64,000 nucleotides of DNA. It comes from Mytilus edulis (taxonomy: Eukaryota). The notes under the pieces are model-generated. The model saw only the letters and a list, made by a program, of their open reading frames with translations, did not search any database and was not told the origin of the DNA. Numbering within the stretch: the stretch's first letter is position 1; each line of letters opens with the position of its first letter. Where the stretch lies: contig NC_092346.1 in the NCBI RefSeq assembly GCF_963676685.1, positions 96,224,001 to 96,288,000 of the forward strand, written 5' to 3'. Below are positions 40,801-53,250 of the stretch, piece by piece. The translations under genes were made by a program, and so were the position numbers.

Positions 40801-43800
40801 GTATATTAAAGGTACCACTAAACTACCCATCACAGCTGGTGGTAATCTCAGCTGGTAAACAGGAAACTGAGGGGAAAACTCTGAAATAAATCAATGGTTC
40901 AAATAAACTTGAACAAACAAAAATTTAAAATGTTCATTAATTACTTCACCTATTAAAGTATTTGTCTAATTGTCTGTTTGTAGAATTTTTACTCTCAGGT
41001 TGGGCGTTTTATGTTTCCACATATTTGGGGATTTACATTTTATAACTTTGGGCACTGCTTTTGATTACATTGCACACATTTATTTTACAGGTAAACTCAG
41101 GCTCATATTGAACTCTATAAAACAAAATATAAAGGGATCATGAAAAAAATCCTGTTTAACTTCATTGCGAATATTTCAGAGTGAATTGTGTTTCAATAAA
41201 TAGTGAATGCTTTAAAATTAGTGAATAACTTGTTAGTTTGTAAAGTTGTTACAGCACAAACATGGAGATTCCTTGGTCTGAAACAAATTGGGGAAATAAT
41301 TCATAAGTATATGATGGATTTACTTTCCGTATTGATAGAAAACTGAAGTCAGAGGATATTTCTCGGCGATGCACTGTTAAGGATTGCAAAGCCATAATAA
41401 AAACTGGCAAACATTCTCAGTGGAAACTGTGAACATAAACATGGTTGTAGATTATTAAATCATGATGTGACAATCCAGTTTATAGTACAATGTATACACA
41501 ATAACACTTACCTGCACCAATTCTGTCAAAGTTTATGTCACCTTCAAAACCACTATAACCACCTAGAAGATATATAACACTTTTCATTTCTTTACTTTTA
41601 AGACTATTTTATTGAAATGAATGTGGGAGGGTAGGAAAGGATTCCCCCACCCCCTTCCAACAATACCATGGTTGCCTATAATTCCTTACATTCACTGTAT
41701 TTGAACTTCAAAGGATAGTTGTCTCATAGGCAATCATACAACATCTCCTTATTTATATATACTTACTTTAAGTAATTTTGCATTCAACTAAATAAGGAAC
41801 AGTACAAATGGTCCAAAACTCATAAAAATAAATCTGTCCATTTTAAAGGAATAGCTCTAAATTAAAATTAAGTAAATTTGCAATTTTTAAAACTATTATG
41901 TATCAAATAAAAATCCTTTCTAAACACGGATAAATCCCAGGTCTTCAAGTACTGGGGATATCTATAAATTTATTGCATTAAATTACATGTAACACATTTA
42001 GATATTTAAAATAGCTACAAAAAAATATGTTTTACCTCTTTTGGTTAAGACTAGTTTGCATTATTACAAATGATAAATGTTTCTGTTCGTAAATTCTTTG
42101 TTTTTGTACTTGATATAAAATTTAAAACTACTGTCTACTAAATTTTTTATTTGGTTTTAATGGAATATATGACAAACAAACAAATGAAGGTATTTTTTTT
42201 TAAGATTGCATGCAAAAATCTGAAACATTGTACATAGCAGTGGAATGGTGTACACAGAAGTTAGATGCTATTTATACAAACCTGCTAATGCGAGGAGCAT
42301 TTTTCCTAAAGGAGGATGTGAATCAAAGAAGAAAATTCTCTGTAGGTATAATGAAGCATATTTTGCAAAGTGTAACTCATCAAATCTGAAATAAAATAAA
42401 ATTAAACAGATTATATATTTTATTGTATAACCATGAAGCTGTATTTTAAGAAAGTTTTCAAACGAAAATCTCTATCAATTCATGAAAAGTGACTGTTTAA
42501 CAATTATCTTATACTATTGAAATGTGTCATTGGAAAACCATTTTAATAAAGGATAGTAAATGTGGAACCATGAATGATTACTCATTTAGAACAATTAGAA
42601 GAACCCCTGGTTTTGGTGTAGTTTATGTTGCTCAGTCTTAGGTATTGTATGTAGTGGTTGTGGACTGTTGTTTGCCTTTAAGTTGGGTATCATTTTTAGC
42701 CTTTGGTATTGACAAATGTTTGTAAGACTTAAGATTTTTAATTATCTCATTTTGTGCTTTCTTTTATTCCTATTTATAACAGTTAATAATGAAATCACAA
42801 GCTCTAACATAAATAGCACTTAACCGAGCCAGATTCTCTATATGTCTGTCCCAAAGTCAGGCGCCTGTAATTCAGTGGTTGATTGTTTGCTGCATAGATG
42901 TTTTTTTGTTAATTGTTTTGTACATTAATCAGGCATTTAGTTTTCTTGATTGAATTGTTTTACATTTGTCATTTTCCTATTGTTTCTATGCTTCAAGAAC
43001 AAAGGTAATTTTTCAGCTGTAGAACTCTCCATCAAAACTATTATAAATATCAGGGCAGTATATGAAATGCTAATTATAATACACTTTAACAAAGACATCT
43101 AACAAAATCACTTTGTAAGTCTATAAGATGCCTCACACAATACAAAAAAAAGAGTCCTTTTACAGGAGAAGTTAGTACAGATCTATATAGATATACAGTG
43201 TAAGGTTAGAGGCTTTAGGACTGTACAGATTATCTTTAATTCCACACAAACCTATAATGACATGATACCTACACTACAGCTCTGGGAAATCCTAGTCTCC
43301 AAAGCTTAGTGGCTACTGATAAAATAACCAACAGATACTACAGCTCTAGGAAATCCTAGTCTCTAAAGCCTAGTGGCTACTGATAAAATAACCATTATAA
43401 AGGCATTATTGATACCTACACTACAGCTCTAGGAAATCCTAGTCTCCAAAGCCTGGTGGCTACTGATAAAATAACCAACAGATACCGACACTACAGCTCT
43501 AGGAAATCCTAGTCTCCAAAGCCTAGTGGCTACTGATAAAATAACCAACATTGATACCTACACTACAGCTCTAGGAAATCCTAGTCTCCAAAGCCTGGTG
43601 GCTACTGATAAAATAACCAACAGATACTACAGCTCTAGGAAATCCTAGTCTCCAAAGCCTGGTGGCTACTGATAAAATAACCATTATAAAGGCATTATTG
43701 ATACCTACACTACAGCTCTAGGAAATCCTAGTCTCCAAAGCCTGGTGGCTACTGATAAAATAACCAACAGATACTACAGCTCTAGGAAATCCTAGTCTCT

Positions 43801-46389
43801 AAAGCCTGGTGGCTACTGATAAAATAACCAACATTGATACCTACACTACAGCTCTAGGAAATCCTAGTCTCCAAAGCCTGGTGGCTACTAATAAAATAAC
43901 CAACAGATACCTACACTACAGCTCTAGGAAATCCTAGTCTCCAAAGCCTGGTGGCTACTGATTAAATAACCATTATAAAGGCATTATTGATACCTACACT
44001 ACAGCTCTAGGAAATCCTAGTCTCCAAAGCCTAGTGGCTACTGATAAAATAACCATTATAAAGGCATTATTGATACCTACACTACAGCTCTAGGAAATCC
44101 TAGTCTCCAAAGCCTAGTGGCTACTGATAAAATAACCAACATTGATACCGACACTACAGCTCTAGGAAATCCTAGTCTCCAAAGCCTAGTGGCTACTGAT
44201 AAAATAACCAACAATGATACCTACACTTCAGCTCTAGGAAACCCTGGTCTCCAAAGCCTATTGGCTACTGATAAAATAACCAACATTGATACCGACACTA
44301 CAGCTCTAGGAAATCCTAGTCTTCAAAGCCTGGTGGCTACTGATAAAATAACCAACAGATACCTACACTACAGCTCTAGGAAATCCTAGTCTCCAAAGCC
44401 TAGGGGCTACTAATAAAATAACCAACAGATACCTACACTACAGCTCTAGGAAATCCTAGTCTCCAAAGCCTAGTGGCTACTGATAAAATAACCAACAGAT
44501 ACCTACACTACAGCTCTAGGAAATCCTAGTCTCCAAAGCCTAGTGGCTACTGATAAAATAACCAACAGATACCTACACTACAGCTCTAGGAAATCCTAGT
44601 CTCCAAAGCCTAGTGGCTACTGATAAAATAACCAACAGATACCTACACTACAGCTCTAGGAAATCCTAGTCTCCAAAGCCTAGTGGCTACTGATAAAATA
44701 ACCAACAATGATACCTACACTTCAGCTCTAGGAAACCCTAGTCTCCAAAGCCTATTGGCTACTGATAAAATAACCAACAATGATACCTACACTTCAGCTC
44801 TAGGAAAACCTGGTCTCCAAAGCCTATTGGCTACTGATAAAATAACCAACATTGATACCTACACTACAGCTCTAGGAAACCCTGGTCTCCAAAGCCTATT
44901 GGCTACTGATAAAATAACCAACATTGATACCGACACTACAGCTCTAGGAAATCCTAGTCTTCAAAGCCTGGTGGCTACTGATAAAATAACCAACAGATAC
45001 CTACACTACAGCTCTAGGAAATCCTAGTCTCCAAAGCCTAGGGGCTACTGATAAAATAACCAACAGATACCTACACTACAGCTCTAGGAAATCCTAGTCT
45101 CCAAAGCCTAGTGGCTACTGATAAAATAACCAACAGATACCTACACTACAGCTCTAGGAAATCCTAGTCTCCAAAGCCTAGTGGCTACTGATAAAATAAC
45201 CAACAGATACCTACACTACAGCTCTAGGAAATCCTAGTCTCCAAAGCCTAGTGGCTACTGATAAAATAACCAACAATAACTGAACAACATCCACTTCAAA
45301 CTGTATGGAGAAAGGTCGTGACCTTTGAGATGATTCTTCTCTTCTACCTTCATCTAAACTACTTGGTCTTGGTGAACCATCACCCTTTAAAATATAATTA
45401 TAAAATGTTTAATGTATAAACTAACCTTTATGTTGTCATGATTTTTCTGACTCCAAAATTATTGAAATTTCATGTATAAGTTCCAACTTCCATGTAAATT
45501 TGGTTTAAATGTTTTAAAATATAATATAAAAATTTATTTTATACATGTACATACCCCTATGAAATGAAATGATTGGCAGCCATCATGAAATTTGCTTTAA
45601 ATCATGTAAACTTTTGTTCCTGTTCATTCTTAACTTTTTTTATATATAAAAACAAATATTTCACTTTTAATGAAATAAAATCTCACTTATTATTATATAC
45701 ACATGCTTACCTTTCAGTATTGATTGTTTATTAGGGTCATTATCGTTTTACTTAATTGATGTAAACATTTTAATCACAAGAAATGTGTTTATATGACTAC
45801 ATGTATAAGCCAAAAAGGAAAAGTTTTTTTTAACTACTCCTACATGTAACTACATTGTACAACCTTAGAGTTTTATTTCTATTCAAATCACCCAAATGTT
45901 TATTATTTTATCTGATTAAATCTGATCTGTGTATACATGTACATGTATCTATGTTTAGTATATCTGTGATGTTGGATTATTGTATCACAAATCAATTGAC
46001 CATATTTTCCCAGTATTTACCACCGGCCTGGTTAATACTGATATTAAAGCTTTTTTGTCAACTTTGCACTAATGTTTAATATAAATAAGAAAATGTAGTA
46101 TGGGTGCCAATTAGACAGATCACAATTTATGAAAAGTTAAAAATTATAGGTCAAAGTGCAGCCTTCAACACAGAGCTTTGGTTCACACCAAACTGCAAAT
46201 TATAAAGGTCCCCAAAAATGAGCCTTCTTTTACCCAAAATGAAATATTAAGTACCTCTAATCTTTGTGGTGTAGGTAAAGATCTGTCTAATGTAGATTCT
46301 GTTAATGAAGTTCTGTCTAATGCAGCATCTGATTCTGGTTTGTGCTGGTTTGCTATTGAACCTTCTACTGTTGTTTGTTCTTCCATCAT
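25824..46389 (-). CDS. POMT1: Protein O-mannosyltransferase 1 (GT39, MIR domains), about 785 aa, 18 coding exons
   Basis: Exons: 46389-46255, 45384-45215, 42385-42282, 41562-41512, 40880-40734, 40228-40120, 39714-39649, 38638-38545, 38086-37931, 36557-36328, 35818-35726, 34688-34592, 34156-34064, 33682-33568, 33179-32965, 32375-32249, 28230-28053, 26001-25824. Sum 2358 nt, all phases consistent. Motifs [73 protein letters not shown] and WRESWD. The first coding exon is the least certain. Confidence 0.95.
26254..26709 (-). mobile_element. Non-autonomous TIR element, copy 2 (possibly Kolobok-like)
   Basis: Inverted copy of 6221-6688; TAAA on both flanks. Confidence 0.85.
26710..28135. repeat. 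Minisatellite (~80-98 bp, about 14-15 copies) derived from the POMT1 exon-17 3' end and donor
   Basis: Unit CCTATGTGAAACAACATATAAATGATC...AATGCTGTTGCTGCTAAGATC..AAAGATCAC matches coding exon 28053-28135. Confidence 0.95.
29368..31942. mobile_element. 2.6-kb non-autonomous Tc1/mariner-type element
   Basis: TIR CAGTATGCCCAGAGAGTTTGTAATC / GATTACAAACTCCTTGGGCGTACTG; TA on both sides; no transposase ORF; internal ~260-bp direct repeat (about 31055-31300 and 31318-31600). Confidence 0.85.
37454..37966. repeat. 58-bp minisatellite (9 units including the genuine junction) derived from the POMT1 exon-9 3' end and donor
   Basis: Units start at 37454 with 58-bp spacing up to 37918; minus strand ATAATGACCAGTGCATTTCAAGCTAGTTTAGAG|GTATGT. 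Confidence 0.95.
43265..45275. repeat. ~70-bp minisatellite (about 28 units) derived from the POMT1 exon-2 3' end and donor
   Basis: Minus-strand unit TGTTGGTTATTTTATCAGTAGCCACTAGGCTTTGGAGACTAGGATTTCCTAGAGCTGTAGT|GTAGGTATC equals coding [20 protein letters not shown] plus donor. Confidence 0.95.
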
Positions 46390-46484
46390 TTATCTGATAC
46401 TTTGCCCTTAAACATTATAAGATGAATTAGGAAATTACATATTTATATGCATGTATCTTTATATTATATGAAGTATTATAGTAA

Positions 46485-47742
46485 AAAAATTTGTAAGGGT
46501 TCCGCAGAACCCAATGTCTTGCCTACTTTTGATGTTAATCGCAGGCTCAACAAGAATGAGAAAAAAAAATAATTAAAATATTCCTCTCTATACTATCTTT
46601 TGATTGTAAGAAGCTTCTGCTCAAGTTTGATAAAAATCCAGGATAGTTTATGAATCTAATAAATGTTTTAATAAAATGTTTCACTGTGATTATTTTTTTT
46701 CATAGGTTTCTGACACAAAATACATGTAAATGTGGTCATAAATCATACAATTCTTTTGCGCAATTGAAGATTTTCAAAAATTTCAAAATTTGAAAAATTT
46801 GAGAAAAATATGAATCCCTTAAAAAATTGGGAAAAAAATCCCCCCCCCCCCCCCCCCACGTTTTTGAAACCCACCTTGGAGCAATAACCCCAACTCCCAA
46901 TCCCAGCCTTTCCTTTGTAGTATGGAACCTTGTTGTACAATTTCAGAGAGATCCATACACTTAAACACAAGTTAATGACTGGAAACTAGAACAATGCTTG
47001 TTTTTGGCCCTTAATTCCCAAACTGTTGGCCCCATAACCCATAAAATGAATCCTTACGTTCAACTTGTTGTATTAAACATTGTGGTTTAATCTCAGAGCA
47101 ATCAAAGTACTTATACCAGTGTATACACAAGTAATTATCCTGAAACTAGAAAAATGCTTGTTTTCGGCCCCATATTCCTAAACGGTTTGGACCATCATCC
47201 CCAAAATCAATCGCAACCATTCTTTTGTGGTATTGAACCTTCTTCAAAAATATCATAGAGATCCATTCACTTAAACTTAAGTTATTGTCCGGACACCAAT
47301 GTGTCTTCTGACGACGCACACAATGACATACCATTATACGATCAAAATTTACTTCTGGATACTATCTTATGATAATATACAAGCTTCTGCCCAAGTTTGG
47401 TAGAAATCCAGGATAGTTGAAGAAAGTTATTAAAATTTTAAAAACTTTCCCCACAGAGTGAATGTCATGTTTCCTGGCAGAAAAACTAAGTTTATCTGTA
47501 AGTAAAATATGGAAAAACAAGATTTTTTTTTACAAAATTAACTTCTTGATACTATCTTACATTGTCTTATGATCATAAACAAGCTTCTGTCCATGTTTGG
47601 TAGAAATCCAGAATAGTTTAAGAAAGCTATCAAAATTTCAAAAACATAAACCACAGAGTGAATATTTGTGGACGCTGCCGATGACAGAATGTAGGATCAC
47701 TATGTCTCGCTTTTTCAACAAAAGTAAAAGGCTCAACAAAAA
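46485..47742 (+). mobile_element. Nested Helentron/DINE-like elements
   Basis: Internal repeats AAGCTTCTG.CCAAGTTTGGTAGAAATCCAG; terminus GGATCACTATGTCTCGCTTTT...AGGCTCAACAAAAA resembles the end of 18095-19175. Confidence 0.6.
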
Positions 47743-48129
47743 AATACTTTGTGATATATACAACATTCTTCAGGCATTACATGTATTACAAACAGAAATA
47801 AATTTGACATGTTTATATAATTATCTTTTGATGAAATCAAGTGCACAAAAAAATCATCGTCCCCTTAATATAAAGATGCAATTAGATTATGACTGAGCCT
47901 TGATTCAATATGTGATGAGCTCTCTCCATCCACTATTACTGTTTGTGTCCAATGTGATAGGAAGCTAGCAATCCACCTATTGACCTTTCCTCTGACGCCG
48001 TAGTGTTCAGGTTTATGAACGAGTAGACTGCGACTAACATTGTCGAAAGCTTAAGAAGAAACCCATAAAAAGTATGTCTGTGCTCATATTTTAAGTGATG
48101 TCGGCCATAAATTCAATTAGTTGGGTTTC

Positions 48130-48640
48130 ACAAGATCAGAGCAAAAGCCATGTTGTAATTTGGTGGTAATCCATGGTTTAGGCAGCAAGCATTTGATTTT
48201 CTGGGGGGGGGGGGGGGGGGGGGGGGGGCTATGGTTTTTTTTGGAAAAAAAAGTTTGTTTCCAGTTTTTGGAGAAAAAAATAATTTGTTTTTGATTCTGA
48301 GGAAAAAAAATTGTGTGTTTCACCCTCAGCTGCCACTATATGTAACGCTAAAATTGAAAGAAAAAAATTGTTTTCGACTTGTCGCGAAAAAAAAAAATTG
48401 TTTTTCGCCTGTACAGAAAAAAAAACCATAGCCCCCCCCCCCCCCGAAAATCAAATGGTTGCTGCCTTATGATATAGCTTGTGATTATGTGCTCTATGAG
48501 TTTGCAGCATATACAAGTCAAAGATATTGGTTGGTAGTTCTCTGTTCTATATCTCTCTCCTTTTTTGAAGACTGGGCTAACATTGGCATTCCTCATCCCC
48601 TGTTTCGATTGATGTTTGAAAGATCAGTGTGAGTATGGGG
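48130..48640 (-). mobile_element. CR1/L2-like LINE RT fragment split by a MITE
   Basis: ANVSPVFKKGERYRTENYQPISLTCICCKLIEHII, resuming LQHGF after the MITE. Confidence 0.8.
48181..48466. mobile_element. PIF/Harbinger-type MITE
   Basis: TIR GGCAGCAAGCATTTGATTTTC / GAAAATCAAATGGTTGCTGCC; TTA TSD. Confidence 0.85.
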
Positions 48641-48689
48641 GCCTTTGGTTGTTTGGGTGGAGTTTCTAGTCCTGGAATGAAGGACTGAT

Positions 48690-48900
48690 ATATTGTTCAA
48701 AGACAGGTAACAGAGCCATAACTTAAAGAATCCGAAAATACTGGTGAAATCCAATTACCTGTTTACCTGTTTACTTACCTTTTATTTCTATATTTTAAAA
48801 GAAAAACAAAACAAAAAAACACAACCGGAAACTTGAAACACTTCTTAAAATGAAACGGTATCTGGATACGGATATCAAATTATCCGGAAAATACCTTAAT
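48690..48900. promoter_or_regulatory. Candidate bidirectional promoter / non-coding first exons of POMT1 (-) and GTF2H5-ZNF511 (+)
   Basis: Consensus minus-strand donor AAG|GTAAGT at 48779; CCGGAA (ETS-like) motifs near 48825 and 48884; lies between divergent genes whose first coding exons are preceded by acceptors. Confidence 0.35.
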
Positions 48901-49298
48901 TTATTTACTAATCGCAGATATTTGGCTGTTTATTTATTATGTCTGTACCTTGTATTTTTTTGTTCAAATAACATAGAAAATACGTTCATTGTATTCAATA
49001 CGAAGGGATCGAATTTGAATGATTTTGTTTTCGTATACGAATATTTCCATACCTTTTCCGTCATTGATTTAATATTTATACATTCAATTTGGCTCACACA
49101 AGAAGATCACAAATAAATAGTCAATTTAATTAGCAAATATGTAAGTTTCAACGAAACGGTAAAGCTCTTTAAACAATGATATATGAATTTTATTGTATTG
49201 TATGGTAGAATAGAATAGAGTATTTTATTTTTCCAAACTTATTCGGCACACAAGAGCATATGACATGTAGTCCAAATTTTGGACTACTATGGCATATG

Positions 49299-50965
49299 GA
49301 ATCCATGATATCTCGGCCTATAACAAAATTGGACTATGACAAAATCGGCCTATAACATAATCGGCCTCCCAAAATCGGACTATAACAAACTCGGACTATA
49401 CCTAACTCGGACTACTAGAAGAATATAAGTTTATTGTCTTAATTTTGTATGCCATAACCATTTAATGTAAATGTGTTTGTGCGAATAAAATATTGTCTAT
49501 TGTCTATAAGTATAATCAGAGACATATAATACATATATTATATGTCTCTGGTATAATGTTGGTTGTTGTTGTTTATTGGAAATTAATTTTCAATTCTTAA
49601 TTTGAAATTATTTTTTTATCTACAATCAAGGATTTTGTCTTACTATACAAATCCTTGCTACAATTAATTAAATAATTTATTGAAGGGAATAACAAAAAAA
49701 CCTTAACAAGATATATATTAAAACTGAGACTACTGTAGTCTCAGATTAAAATAAAAGTACAAAAAAACTTCTTTTTAATAATGATATATTGAAAATTAAC
49801 CTCTGATGTGTCTTTTCAGTATTATTATTTGTAATAATGTCCCTCTCAGAATTAATTTTTATTATATGCATATCTTAATTGATTATGACATCATGCCATG
49901 CCTTATAGGCATCTGTAACCGGAGAGCACGAATTTCATTACAAAATTGCTTGTCTCCACCGGGACCTCTGTGTTACAAGGCAGCGCGTATACCAACTGAG
50001 CTACATGTAAAGAAGTACTTCCTTAGCTCAACCGCTTACGGCTGACTAAGTATCTACTAAGTTTTCTAAGGGAAGCAATCCCGTCACACATCTATTATTT
50101 TTATAATACTTCAAGTATAGTCACTCATTGAAATATATAATACACACATATGTACAAATACGATAAGTATTGTATTATCAAACAAAATAAAAGCCTGTTT
50201 ATAGGAAACTAATACAAAGAAGAAGTATAAGACTGAATTCAACTTTAATTTCCTTAAATGAACAATGAAGCAAGACTTTCTTATCCATAGCAAATAAAAC
50301 GTTTATGAGTAACAATTATGAACAAGAATAAAATATAGAAGCACTTACCAGTATCACGAACTCTGTGTTGCTATAAACTACACGAATCACACTGTAAGGC
50401 ATGTTGCTTTGTTGTAACTTTTTTAGAACACTCGACGCAGTGGTCGGTACACAAGCACTTGTCTCAGAATTGTTTTCCCCTATATACCTTAATATAACAC
50501 AAGGTACTTAACTAAATTTTTTGAAAAATGACACCAGTTCCGAATTCCTGTTATTTTTTTATTTCTCGGTTGTCAAACCTTATTATGCCATTCCATGTTA
50601 TTTTATAGAAGTGTTTGGTAAGATCAAAGAAATCTCTGTTGTTTTTTTCAATTTTATATGTTATGTGTCTCTGTTTAAACATATCAAATTCAACTCGTAT
50701 AACAAACATTTAATACACTTCTATATATTGTCTTTTTTTTCAAAAATGTTAATTATAATCTGATAAACTCGTATATAAATTTAATATATAAAGTTTTTTT
50801 TTATTAAAGTAAAAAAAAATAAACAATCTACTAATCGTAGTCCGAGTTTGTTCAATATATTTCTGCATATAATTAATGGTAGGCCGAGTTGGTTAAAGTC
50901 CGAGTTTGTTATAGTCCGATTCTGTTATAGGCCGATTTTGTTTTAGTCCGAGTTATCCAGCAGCG
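49299..50965. mobile_element. Non-autonomous DNA transposon with inverted subterminal 16-bp repeat arrays
   Basis: (TCGGMCTATAACAAAA)n at left, reverse-complement array at right; 8-bp TSD GGCATATG at 49291-49298 and 50966-50973. Confidence 0.75.
49914..50088 (-). mobile_element. 175-bp TGT...ACA element containing a tRNA-like segment
   Basis: Ends TGTAACCGGA / TCCCGTCACA; 4-bp TSD CATC; minus strand GTAGCTCAGTTGGTATACGCGCTGCCTTGTAACACAGAGGTCCCGG. Confidence 0.65.
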
Positions 50966-52919
50966 GGCATATGCTCTTGTGTGCCTTATATTATATTGAG
51001 ATAATTATGACATCTTGCAAGGCTATTTATTTATTTTTGTGATGCCTTCCTTCGTCAGGAAAACCCCTGTTTTGACAGTTCTTCAAAGGCTAGTTATTTG
51101 GCTTATGCCTTCTAAATAAAGCTTATTTTGAATCAGAAAAGATCTTATATCCTCGTGTATTTTATTTTCGACCTACTAACATATTTTTCTGAATTTCCCT
51201 ATTATATGTTTGAACATAGACATACCTAATATTTTGAGAGTCGCGAGTATACTTGTGCATAAAATAATTGTATCGGAAATATATTTCGATCTTTAATTTA
51301 TTTTTGCATTTGAGTTCATTAGATCGATGGCACCTTTGTTGACAAAAACAAGCGTCTTGTGTTTTCGACCTATCTATAATTTTATTTTTTCGTTAAAAAG
51401 CTGTAAGGAGTATGCGTATTTTCGTATTCAGATTAACTTTAAGTATTACAACGACTAACCACCTGACAGTCATGTGACTTAATGACCTTGAAGTAAACTT
51501 TGCATGCAAAAAGACCTCTGCCATAAGTTTAGAAAATTCGTTTATTTTAGACCGATTCTTTTGGAAGGTAAAACTATAGTGTGTGATAACATTGTGTGAG
51601 GGAATTCGACGTTTGCTGTACCACTGTTCACTCCAACGCAATTTATGACAATACCACTGCATCAATCTGTATGATTATTTTTGCAGTGTTTTAAAAAATG
51701 ATTTTACTTTGTTGTCGCGTATTATTTTTGAAACATTCAATGTTTTAAAAAGGCGAATTTTCTGTATAAAGTCAATAATTATGTTGACTTTTGAAGCCCA
51801 AACTTTCTACAGCCTTAAATACGCAAATAAAAGATCCAAAAACTATACCAATACAGAACGACATGTTTATGGAATTATAGCAAATCTTTTGGTTTACAAA
51901 TTTTTATTCGTTATTGCAAAATAATGAACTTAAAATATCTGACATTTTCTCCCTACCCAGTTTACCCCTAATATTTTTTATGATGTGGACTGGTCATTGT
52001 TATTAATTCGTACGCAATTTGATTGGATTAACTTGTAATTAGTTTACCTTCAAACTTGTTTATGCTTTTCATACATGACTATTGATAATAAGAACGTGCA
52101 TGTATGTGTACGGTAACTAAAATGACCTTCAAACTGGACACTGGACGAGTCAATATTATGTTTTATCAATGAAAGTTAAGGTATGAAAGGTAAGAATTGC
52201 CACTTCTTCTATTTTCACAAAATTTTCCGACTACACAGTTGATAGATTATTTTTTAAAAGCCTATGGTGGAGATAAAAGAGAAAGTTTACAAATAAGACG
52301 TTTTGTTCCATTAAACAAGTCATTTTCTTAAGAGAAATGCCGAAATACATTTTACGCACAGCTACGGCAGGTAAAGTTATTAGTTATCATAACAAAAAAA
52401 AGCATTATTCAGTCTCATTGGAATATGTTAATTACAATAACTCCCAAACTTAAGTAGTAGGTATATGAAGTCAAAATATGTCCGATCTGCCTATTTTTGG
52501 ACATCAAAAGTCAATACGATCGTTTTAAAGTCAATTTCGTCTACCTCACAAAATCTTGTTAGGCACTATAGTATTAGTGAAAAGGGTACAAAAACGTGAT
52601 ATCAAATAAAAAAACGTAAATACTTAATATAATAACTTTATTTGAAAAATCTTCACCCCATGTGGATATCATTTGCTATTGTTACTAAGTATAGCAGCCG
52701 AATATGACATCATGCAGACATGCACAGCATACGGGAAGTGAAAGTAGAATTAGGTCGAAAACGTCACACGGCCTCACCATGACAAAATTATGGAAAAACA
52801 ATTCAAACAAGAAAACTATATATTTTAAACAGTCAAAACGTATTGAAATTTGTATCTGAAAGAGTACACCATGTATGACCAAGGAAACTAAACACTAAAA
52901 TAGATGTACATTTTTGAAC

Positions 52920-53015
52920 ATGTACATTGTAATTGTTCTGGACTTTTCAAAGGCATTTGGCACTTTGCCACATGACAAACTATTTCACAAGCTACAAATA
53001 TCTGGCATAAAAGAG
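52920..53015 (+). mobile_element. Short CR1/L2-like RT fragment
   Basis: Translates IVLDFSKAFGTLPHDKLFHKLQISGIK. Confidence 0.65.
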
Positions 53016-53250
53016 AACCCTAAAAGATACTATATGTATCATACATGTCTATGATGTCATACAGGTCATACTGTATAAACAATGCTAACTGGAACCACAT
53101 GGAGGTGTCCAGTGCCATAACCAAGCCAAAGCTGTTATATCAACCCTCTAATTCTTCAGATCATTAATTTCAGAATCAAAGCAGTTTTCCTTTTAATGCA
53201 TGAATATTAAAACGATATTTAACATTATGTTTCAGTGATATGGTGATAGA

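Noticed and set aside
44117-45027. ATDKITN repeat ORFs on the plus strand
   Set aside because: Antisense readings of the exon-2-derived array.
633-45275. Tandem arrays as CRISPR-like loci
   Set aside because: No unique spacers, no cas genes, eukaryotic context.
26710-45275. Arrays as Dscam-like mutually exclusive exon cassettes
   Set aside because: Units hold only partial exons with one genuine splice site and spacers too short to be introns.
48202-48228. Long G/C homopolymers as G-quadruplex regulators
   Set aside because: They are internal parts of MITEs and prone to sequencing length error.
49955-50005. Functional tRNA-Thr gene
   Set aside because: No T-arm/B-box or acceptor stem; embedded in a mobile element.
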